Source of the DNA: Mytilus edulis
Lineage: Eukaryota
Length of the DNA: 64,000 bases
Reading direction: 5' to 3'
Assembly (NCBI RefSeq): GCF_963676685.1
Contig: NC_092357.1
Span: 8,804,001-8,868,000 of the forward strand
Part shown: positions 53,091-64,000 of the stretch, piece by piece
Position numbering within the stretch: the stretch's first letter is position 1
Layout of the letters: each line of letters opens with the position of its first letter
Notes under the pieces: generated by a model
Seen by the model: only the letters and a program-made list of their open reading frames with translations
What the model was told of the DNA's origin: nothing
Database searches by the model: none
Made by a program: the position numbers and the translations under genes

Positions 53091-54627
53091 AAATATAAAT
53101 CATTAAAATGGACAAACAAAGAAAGATGTATTTTTATAGCAGGAAATTACAAGTTTATGAAATCATGTTATACTATACAATATTATTAATATGCAACATT
53201 GCTTTATTGGAAGTACTAAGAATCGCATTTGTTTTGAATGTCAAAAAATTGCAACAATAGACAAAAGACGCAATAATTACTAGATTTATATATTGTATTT
53301 CAACAGGCTTGGTCCTGTTTAAAGTACCAAACGTTAATACTTGATGCACCAGCAAACGGATATTTTGGATAATTTAGCTGTTCTGCGTTATATGTTGTCA
53401 TACATCATGTGCTTTTAATTTTTGGGCGGGACTTGTATTTGCAAACATATTAATAAATTAATGTTTTTATTGTTTGTATTACAGTCATTGTCACCTGTTC
53501 AACTGAGTAATGTTGTTATGTTTATAACTATGTATCACATTAACAATCATAAGAGGTAAGTTACTATAAACACCAAGACTACAACAATAATGGCTTACAG
53601 GCGACACATGTGACTGCCGTAAATTAGCTACATATTTAAGATTTATAGAAATGCAAAGACAAATAAAATTGAAAACAACTGTTGACATTTACAGACCAAT
53701 AATTATAATATATATATATATATATATGATTCAAACAAGATCACGATCAAATTAATTTTCAGCAAGAAAGTAATGACACTGTATACCCTTGTTTGACATT
53801 GTAGACATTTCAGTTTAAGTATGATTACACATTGTGGTCAATATGATGGAATTGTACGGACTGTCATGCATACAAGTGAGAGGTTGTGCTAGCCTTCATA
53901 AACAAATTTAATTAAAGCTATTTTGTTTTCTAAATTAGAAAATGCGTGTACCAAGTTAGAAAAAAAGTTGTTGCAATTCGTTTGATTTGTTGACCTTCTC
54001 ATTTTACCATTTGTTAAGGGAATTTCTGTTTTAACATTTCTTTCAATTTTGGCATTTTTTTAATGTTACAATGAACAAGTGCCAAAATTATTAGAGAACA
54101 TTTTGACTAAAATGAACCGAAACTGAGTTCGGTAAATATTAAAAAAGAAAATGCATATGGAACGATAAAAACCGTAACTTGAAAGAGAAAAAAAAATTGT
54201 ATGCATGGCTGAAAGATACAGTAACAAAAGAGTCTGATTATCTTAGTCATTTATATTAATACATAATTTTCTGATTTTGCATTACTCTTCATTTATGAAA
54301 TCAAAGCAATCTTATGTTGTGATTTATTACTGCTAAAGTCGTGCTTGTTGTAGTTTGATTCATTTGAATTAATTATGATGTATATAATGATATTGTTTTC
54401 CCTCTATTTCCAAATTTGATTGATGTCCTTCTTGTATTGTTTTTCGGATAGTTCAGCCTTATATCTACCCGCATTATTATAGAATATGGTCACTGATCTA
54501 TGATTTCTGTTTTCTTTCTTCCCCGACTTAATGTGATATATGATCATTGGTTTTGATTTGTCCTTTGATCTTATTTCTGTCCGTTTCAATGACAGCAAGG
54601 TTTACATTTCAAACAGAAATAATTGAT

Positions 54628-55066
54628 ATAAAAAAGAAGATGTGGTATGATTGCCAATGAGACAACTACCAACAAAAGACCAAAATGACACAGACATTAA
54701 CAACTATAGGTCACCGTACGGCCTGCATCAATGCGCAAAGCCCATACCGCATAGTCAGCTATAATAGGCCCCGATAAGACAATGTAAAACAATTCAAACG
54801 AGAAAACTAATGGCCTTATTTATGTAAAGGAATGAACGAAAAACAAACATGTAGCACATAAACAAACAACAACCACTGAATTACAAGCTCCTGACTTGGG
54901 ACAGGCAAATACATAAATAATGTGGCGGGGTTAAACATGTTAGCGGGATCCCAACCCTCCCCTAATCTGGGACAGTGGTATAACAGTAAAACATAAGAAC
55001 GAACTATAAAAATCAATTGAAAAAGGCTTAACTCATCAGATGACCAAAAATACAAGTGAACGTGGT
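54628..55066 (+). mobile_element. Family A copy, specific to duplication copy 2
   Basis: Empty site acagaaataaatgat..tactattt at about 5356-5390 in copy 1. Confidence 0.85.
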
Positions 55067-55674
55067 TGTTTACACTTAAATACTATTTCTTTAGAGTACA
55101 CGTTGTTTTCGGTGTGTTTTCTCTATAGATTTTTATTTCGGCAATGAATTTTCCTGACAAAAGGATACTAATGATCGACTTAAAAACTTTATGAACATGT
55201 ACTGTGATTTAATGATCAAGTACAATCAACCCATGTCAACTAGTTATGCCATTTATAGATGTACATCTAAATAAGACTAAACACGAAACCATACAAAGGC
55301 ATTCCCAGTTGTCAACTTACGTAATTTTCTGCAGTATTATATCACAATGTTGATAAGGTTTCCATTAAGATAGACCCAAAGGCATCAAGACTAAATCTAT
55401 TTTTTTTTATTTTTACGTCTTACATCATTTACCATGATTTACGTGTATATAAGTTGATAATGAAATACCAACATAATTATAAATACTCTAAAATTGAATC
55501 AACAATGAAATCACTTAATTTACAGAATAAACATGAGGTTACCTCAATGTTGAAAACTGAATGGGTACCTATATTGCTTACATTTACTTCATTTGAACTC
55601 AGAGTTATAGTTGTCTCATTGTTAGCCATGCTACAACTCCTTATTTTATAATGAGGAATAGTTACCATCATATA

Positions 55675-55736
55675 TAATGCTGTATGTATGTATGGCTTCC
55701 CCTCTTAATGCTGTATGTATGTATGGCTTCCCCTCT
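55675..55736. repeat. Perfect 31-bp tandem duplication
   Basis: taatgctgtatgtatgtatggcttcccctct x2. Confidence 0.9.
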
Positions 55737-58700
55737 TCCATGTATGTATATCAACACTAACACCAAGCATTTTCAAGTTTACTTTTTTTGTATTTAGTAA
55801 TAATATATCTTTAAAATTTTGACACTTAAGGGTAATCAACGGCACTATTTATTTTAACAAATTACACATCGTCTGAACGGAACGGATATAATCTCTAGGC
55901 ACGCGTTATTTATAAAAGTTTCACATAATTGAATTTCATATGTGAGACACTAACACAAACACATATATATATATAACCAACGTGATTATCTAATTTACGT
56001 TCATGAGCAACTACTATTGTTATTAGTTGCTATGTCAGTGCTTTTGGCGATATTTCCGTCGATCCGATTTCTTTAATTTTGAATATTGTGTTCTTATGTT
56101 CTGGTAAGGGAATTATTAGGAACACACTGACATGTTGCCCATGTTCAAACTGACATGTCTTAGTACAGGAGCAAGTACTCGATATGTGTTGCTGTGAACT
56201 ATATCGGTTTTGCGTTAATTTTTGTACAGTTTTTAGGATAAGCTTTTGAATCACTGTCGCCTATCACATGTAGGATCTGACGTCCGCTTTTATTTTTCAA
56301 ACATTCCACATAATGTGTGAGTCGGTCGGAATTAGGAGCATGTAATTCAGTGTTATTCCCTTTTGAATTTTCCAAAAAATTGTCTTTATTCCTATTGAAA
56401 CTAGTTGTGCACCTCTTCTGATCATTTTTGTTTTGAAATTTTTATATGAGTTGGAGTGATTGTTCATTTTTCAGTTGATTGATAGTGTCGTATACATCTG
56501 ATATAGAGATATCAATCAGAGTAAACTACAAAATTGACCATCAACATAATAAGAATATCCTGTTTTGAACATGATGCATGTATCAGTCAAACTGCGACAT
56601 TTAAGACGAGGACGCAACATTATAATTAACAAATAAGACAACTATTCCGGATTAAAAATAACTACTCCCATGAAAATTTGTAATACATCGTACACATTTA
56701 GAACTAATCCCTTACCATTACAACTTGTCATATTTATTCGTAAGATAAGGGTTGTTAACATTATCTCCTCATTTTTATTGAATGATGAGTCTGGAATTGA
56801 TGTATTCTATTCTATCACATCCGTCTAAGGATTAGACACATTTACATTAAAGTTAGCAGCATTAATGGTCATCGACAGACTTTTTATGAAAAAATTACAA
56901 ATGTACTTAAATAAATACGAAGTAAATTAAGATTCCTTTTTTTAGAATATTCGAGAGATACCAATCACATTTCAATGTATGTTTTTTTCCCTTGATGTTT
57001 TGTTTCCTGGTCTTTAGTCTGGTTGTTGTATCTTTGACATACTTCCCATGTCAATTCTTAATTTTATAACATTCAGGATTCGATTTTTGTTAAGTGAGAA
57101 CAAACAGAAGTATACCTCCTCTGTATATAAGTGTTGATGTTGATTTGTTGTGTCCATTATTTACTGTATAGTACACTATTCTGCGCAATTCAAATACATA
57201 TGTCACTTGAATATTGAAAATCATTACATTGTTTTGATGAATTCCTTATAATAAATTGCTTAATATGAATATCAATTTAGAGTTTATTTTAGAAAAGATT
57301 CGATATCAAGAAAAAATAATTATCAACTCTCTTTAAAAATACTTAAAGTGTGCGTTTCATTTGTTATCAAGTAATGAGTATTGGATATGCTTCAATAAAA
57401 ATTAATGTAAAACTCATCAAAGTTACTAGAAAATAGTAAATCGGTTAAATTTTTCCGTAAAGCTTTCATTACTCATTTGTTTTATGCAACTGATTGAAAC
57501 AGAACGGTTATCGTAAAATTACTGCTAAAATTCTTACACTGCTATATTAATGTCTTATTAATACTGTTACAAATTACATTTTCGTAATAGCTGTAATATT
57601 GTTTTTAGTTATTAAACAAATTACTTGTTTTGAACTTATTCTTGAAACTACAGGCAGTTTCAATGTAACATTCTATTACAAATCATAACAAATTCTCATG
57701 TTTATAATATACCAATGATAATGTTATTGTTATTTAAGACATCAAAGGGACATTCAAATTCATCAATTCAAACATAAACTGGCAATGCCATCGCAAAACG
57801 AAAAACAAAAACAAATAGCATCACACAGATCATAATACATAAAAACAAAAGACTGAGGAATATAATTAAATTTCATGACCAAAGTCAGGTGTGTGAGATA
57901 GGCTACCCGTTGGGTAAATTCTTAATCTGGACGAAGAGATTCAAGTCTAATGTCACAACTGTGTTCGTTATTCACTTGTGCCGTAAATTTTATTATGAAT
58001 ATTGCAAATAAAATGACGGGTTTATTATGTTGGTATCCATTCAATTGATGTGTTTGAGCTTTTGATTGGTTACGGACTTTCCGTTTAAAAAAATTTCTCA
58101 GAGTTTAGTATTTTTGTGAGTTTAATATTTACACAAAGAATGACAGTTTTGACGTAATTTTGCGTTTGACTTTAATGATTGAAGTTAATGACTTCTATTG
58201 TGTCACGTGTCAGGAACCTTAGAGATAACACATAGCATTCCAGTCAATTACAGATGTCTTTGATTAAATAGGCAGAAACAGTTAATAAAACTTCTGACAT
58301 GAGAAGAACCATCTATCTGATTATAAACGAATAAGAGTTCGGTTAAACTTTCAGTAATTTAAAATGAAACTCGACCGTATTATAGTGGGGGATTTTAATC
58401 AGCTTAATCAGATTGGAAGAAATAGCCCGTATTAGATAATAGAAAATGTTCCAATCCACAAATTAATGAGACAGTTGAAGTTATATAATATCAGACTTTT
58501 ATAAAGAATTGTATTCGACATCTTCAGTTGTTAATCCTTGATGTTCATTACCAAAACAAGGCTGATTGGCAATTTTCGTTTGCCCTGTTACGATTTGGTG
58601 GTTTTTCAGAAATAATATGTAGAACAGAAAAATAGAAGTGGGAACAAATGAACTAGAATAAATGTTTTGTCATTGACCTTTTCGGATAAAGATAGGACAT

Positions 58701-61700
58701 TGGATAACTTCCTCGTATTTGATTATGCCGGTCTACTGATTGGTGTAAATGTGATCAGTGTTTACTTCGAAAAGACGCAATCAACTGTAATACTAAATAG
58801 TCAAGAAATGTTAGAAACCGTATGCTGATCCTCTATTTGTATTTTCTCTTTGACTATACTTCATCATCTCAGTAGATGATAACTAAACTGTTTGTTTTAA
58901 GCTTTGCCTTGTAGATTTTACTGTCTCAAATGTAGTTTACCAATCGACGCTTAAAGGAGCTAAGTATACGAATATTTATCAAATAAAAAATAAAATTAAA
59001 AAAAAATTGCATTTTTAACTATATGTAAAGAAATTTATGAACAGAAACGAACGGAGTAGCACGCACATTATTATTTGTACCCCGTATTTTAAACCTGCGA
59101 GTAATGAATATCTTACATATATTTCTTCAAGTTTACATCCTGTTTCGATAAAGAAACTGCAAAAATTTCAAATCACGTTTCATATTCCATGATGGCAATA
59201 TGCAAATCTCTTATACGTCTATATATTGGAAGTTATTCAGGAACGGTAAATTGACAGTAGGAAAACGCAACTGTCGCTATTGTGACAAAATACAGACATC
59301 AATTGATTAGCAGCAGCGTTCAATGATTTAAAGTGTTGATAAATTATGTTTAATAAAACCACGCATTGCCAGATACATATTTTCAATGATACCTAGGTAA
59401 ATGTTTAACATATTTAGCTTCTTTCTCTATTAATTAGGAATACCTAATCAGGAATATCACGATAACTGTATTCACACTGTCTCTTTAGATAGTTTTTATT
59501 CATGAAAATCAACTTTTAAATATGAAAAGTAAAATCACAAAAATACTCCACTCAGAGGAAAATCTAATCGTAAAGTCCATAATCACATGGCAAAATCAAA
59601 TGACAAAACACATCAAAAACACATCAGAATCACATACAAACCTTATAATCAAAACCACAAATCTAAGCATTATTTCCCTAGATGAAAAATAGAAATCAAC
59701 ATAAATACTTCAAGTCTACATTTTTAAAGTATGTATCAAAAAATATTCATAAGGTTAAGTTTTATATAAATATCAATGAATTTGGATAACCGAGTAGGTC
59801 ATTATTAAATGATTAGACTTGTGCTTCATGAATAATATAACGTCATCAAATAAATGTATCCTGTCTGTCTGTTGGCCGCCACTCCGGAACCCTGAAGCCT
59901 TGGTCATACTTTGTATGAATGTTAGCCTAAGATCGACGTATAAATCCTTTTAAAGCAGACTATACATGTACGGTATGGGTTTTTCAAATTATCGAATGCC
60001 GTATGGTTGACTATAACTGCTCACATCTAATAAGTTTGAACTTAAGTGAATAGTGGTCTCTTTGGCAATCATATCGCATGTCCTTATTTTTTTACTGTAT
60101 AGACTTTAAAGTATCAACGATCCCAATAATTGCAGTCGTTATTCATACACGTTTGCTTGATATACAAAGAAGGAAAGAGGGTCTTTTGGTGCACTGATTA
60201 ATAATGTGTTGGTATACAGATCTAAGAATGTATTCAACCAACCCAATCATTTGATTGACAATTTATGTCCGGCACTGCAACATTTACACTGAAACACAAG
60301 TGATGCCAGCTTGTATTGCTTGTCGATATAAATATTTCATACGAATCACACGTTAATTATCTCAACACTTTTATCAATTTTAAATATGATTACAATGTAA
60401 AACAGCATGCACAATCAAAAATTAGTTTTAGATTCAAATATGAAAGAATTAATCAGGGAAGAGGATGTATTAAGTTTCCGGGGAAGTCTATTATACTGAT
60501 GTTTTATCAGCATGTCATTTGTATAAACACATGATTAAGTTTATTTAGGTCCAACACTGCCCTCCCTGACACGTAAGATTGATTGATAATTTTATATTGA
60601 ATTATTAAGTAATTCATCATTGTCCTTTTTGTCACAATTTATTGATAGTTATCACAATGGCTTCATTGTTCCGGTTTTTTTATAGTATCAAAGAGAAAAC
60701 TCTTAGCTCTCCTAGTCTATCAGAAGACATATCATCATCTATGCACCTTAATCTGCAATTACAATCGTCAAAGTTTATTGTCTGTTGTTTATTCAAACCT
60801 TTTAATGTCGTTTACATATGAGATAATCCCAAAACAACTGACAACGTTATCAGTTCTAAATCAAGACTGTTTTATTTCAATTTAAACAGGACAAATTCTT
60901 AATGTACATTTTACTTCAAAGGTAAGTAAAATGGATAAATCAAGGCTGATCATCAAATTATACTTAAATATGATAATCTATTGAAACGATAAACACTTCT
61001 TAACCATCCTTTCTGAATACTTCAGTTTTACGTTTCATCTGTAAAGAACAAATTATAAATATTTTTACTTTTTATTGTGTTATAAACTGAATCAAAATCA
61101 TTTGTTTGCATGCCTATTTTTTATATTATTTTGTAAGCACCACTGTAAAGGTCAAAGAAACGTTCTACTGGCGAACTTTACATTACAATAGGTCGATGCC
61201 ACTGATAATGTTGTGAACGTTTCTTGTCCGTGAGTGTAGCCAATGGAGCAGTCAACATTCCTGTATCAAAAACAAATTCTCTGAATTTAACAGTTATTGA
61301 TGATGAAGTCCTACATTTCATTGCAGTAAAACAAATTCTGGGTCATACACATATATTGTGTATTTTAAAGCACCTGTTATTTATTGGGTATTTTTCTAAA
61401 ATATTTTGGACACTTGAGGTAACAAGGTTACTTAAGCTTGTACGCAGGTAAGAAAATGGTGATAATTTGATTGGATGGCTGCCAGTGATGATTATTTCTT
61501 AAATGTAATGAAATGTTACGTGAAATTTTGTAATAGTTCTGGACAGGATAAAACTTTATTAATGCCAAGTATTTATCTATTTGAAAGACAGATAATTCTA
61601 CACAACTTTTTTAAAAGTGAAAATTTAACAAAGACACATTGGCGATATCAATCGTGGTATTACGTTTATATTACATTTAAAAATACAACTTAAAATCTAT

Positions 61701-63533
61701 TAATGTGCGTCAAGGTTTTCTTGAGAATTAGTGATTAAAATCTAAATGTAACTTAATAACAACCATATGTAGTCCATTAGACAAACCAGTAAATGTGATG
61801 TAATCATTGTTTTTCTAAAGTCAAAAAGTCGTAGTAATTAACAGCCTACACATGGTAACACAATACATAGTTAAAAGAAGGCAATTATCTCGTGATGTCT
61901 TATCTACTTTCACTTTGTAATTCAAGAAATTAAAAAAAAACGCTAACGAGGGATTAGATGTAAATGTTTGGCAATGGGTTTACCTTTGGTTACATAACCT
62001 GCTATTCTTTTATGTCTTACGTGGTTTTTTTTTTAAATTCCTAATGAATGAATGAATAAAACGATAACACAGGTTGATCTTCACCAGCAGATTTGTGCTA
62101 AAATTTTCGACTTATAATATCATGAGGTAAAGAGTAAGTGAAAGTCTAAGCCTTTTATGGAATACTATAAGTACTACTAACTGTTCAAACAAATAGATAC
62201 ACTGTCATATGAAAGGATACTTAAATGTTTTTTTAGAATTTATAATTTGATATTATTCTTGACTTTTCGGTCTACCGTATAGGTATCATATTAGTGTCAT
62301 GGAATACCATTGAGCAGATTGGACACTACACATTATGTATTGGTGTTTCTTTACAGTAATCTCAACACGCTTACGTTAAATTGTATTGTCAATCCTTATT
62401 ATAATAGCAGTCACACAAAAATAAGAACTATGCATCATATAACTTCGAGATAAACAGATTGAAACAACAAAACGCAAACAACACGCACCAATTCTCAATT
62501 AATCTATCATTTTAACAAAAGTGATGTGAAATAAAATACAATATAATTCACGTCAGCACAAAGCATGGACCACAGCAATACCAGCATTCAAAACATTCGA
62601 AACCAGAATTTGGCACGCTAAATCTGTATAGCTTAACCAGAGCAAACAAATTCTAGGAAAGGACAAAGCAAGTATCGGAATAAAACGTAATCTGTTTTTA
62701 GGGGTTTGTGTTGCTTTTATTTTTATTGTGATGATGCTTCGACTTTGATTTTGATAACACTTTAACTCTAATGTTGATGATCCGTCGTCTTTAATTCAAA
62801 TTTGATGATGATTTGACCGAAATTTTTACGAAGTACTTTTTGAAATTTTTCGAACAGTTCTCAAATATCAAAATATTTTAAAACGTTAGCATTTTTAACT
62901 GCTGAACTGATATGTTTTCTTTTTGTACTCCTTTCAATCTTATTTCGTGTATTTTGTTTAATAAAGTATTACTTAAATCTTTTAAGTAAGAATAGGTTTT
63001 TCGACATTGATTTCACTTGTTAAAATGTAGTTGTACTGCATGACAGCAATCAGATGATGAGATTTATCCTGTTATGTAGTCAATCAAAAGACCAATAACA
63101 GTTGTTCAGTGCTATTATGTGACTTCAAAATTATACCTTGATTTATATAAATATAACTAATCCTTGATGAAATTGATGGCAGGTCATTATGTTTTAAAAT
63201 AATATCGTAAATTTACAAAATACGTATATATACTTTTCGATACTGATAGATGAACCGCGCATTAATTCTGTTAAGTTCATATAATTAGTTCAGGATAACT
63301 CGTGTCATAAAGTTTGTTGATAATAATTTTTTTTATTAAAGTTATCTCTAATCAATGACAGAATTATTAATAAGTTAATTGATATTTCTTTTCACCAATG
63401 TATTGACTTTTATATAATAGTCTTTACTAATAATATAATTATTCTAATACTATCATAAGATATGGAAATATAAGTACATGTAGTTGTAGTAGTAAACCAG
63501 GATGAATCGACCTCATCATCACCATTTACATGA

Positions 63534-64000
63534 TTAAGGGCATACGATACAGTTACAGGGGAGGTAATGACGTTGCTAACGTAAAATGTTATTTTCTCGA
63601 CGTCAAACCGTGACATATCGTGAAAAGATGCATTTTTCAACTGATTTTTATTGTTCAAATTGATTTTATTTGAAAACGAGTGCATGGACCCCTATTCTTT
63701 AAAACGACATTTTGTTTCATTCTTCAGGGAGATTATGTGGACCAAATTTTATAAAACTGTAAATAGTGCCTTTTTTAAAATTTTGATAAATATACAGCAA
63801 AAAATGACGGTTTTTCTCAATTCATGACCATTTGATAAATATGAGTTATTTTTGAATAATAAATGCATAAATTTTTAGGATACTTGTAAAATACAGAAAT
63901 TACAAATTATTTAACACGAAACAATTTGTGTTTATATTTTAAAACAAAAAAATTGTCTCTTTCTTTCGAAAGGAAAAATACGGCCAAAAATCCGAATTTT
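63534..64000. mobile_element. TTAA-GGGG-started DNA element, cut by the window end
   Basis: ttaaggggcatacgatac begins exactly where similarity to copy 1 (tacatgatta, 18125-18134) breaks. Confidence 0.6.

Larger units (their letters stand above)
47955..63537 (+). repeat. Segmental duplication, copy 2 (same orientation, about 45-51 kb offset)
   Basis: Same anchors as copy 1; similarity stops at tacatgatta where a TTAA element is inserted (matching site 18125-18134 in copy 1). Confidence 0.95.

Noticed and set aside
55020-55045. CTGATGAG in family A (also about 17081) as a hammerhead
   Set aside because: On the minus strand the putative stem II is followed by UGAU rather than GAAA, so the core is incomplete.
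47955-63537. Duplication as an uncollapsed haplotype
   Set aside because: Divergence (roughly 20% by eye, many indels), independent TE insertions and block reordering seem too great for alleles; read depth would settle it.

Overview
AT-rich (roughly 30% GC by eye), repeat-dense eukaryotic DNA. The interspersed repeats resemble those of bivalves (Mytilus-like; an inference from recognised repeat sequence). No intact protein-coding gene was found, and nearly all listed ORFs are spurious. Main contents: (1) A multi-exon, + strand pseudogene of a CCAP/neuropeptide-S-type class A GPCR with five exons at 27361-35719 covering TM2-TM7. Splice sites are intact, but it has in-frame stops, frameshifts and a deleted DRY motif. 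(2) An old segmental duplication of the non-coding region upstream of it (1-18.1 kb vs 47.9-63.5 kb). It shows islands of near-identity, a swapped block order and copy-specific TE insertions, and it predicts a paralogous receptor locus just beyond the window. (3) A dispersed repeat family carrying minimal type I hammerhead ribozymes (retrozyme-like). One copy has a fully intact catalytic core and inserted after the duplication. Penelope-like RT fragments also occur. (4) Several non-autonomous DNA transposons, SINE-like repeats, palindromes and tandem arrays. Boundaries of degenerate repeats are approximate because they were read by eye.
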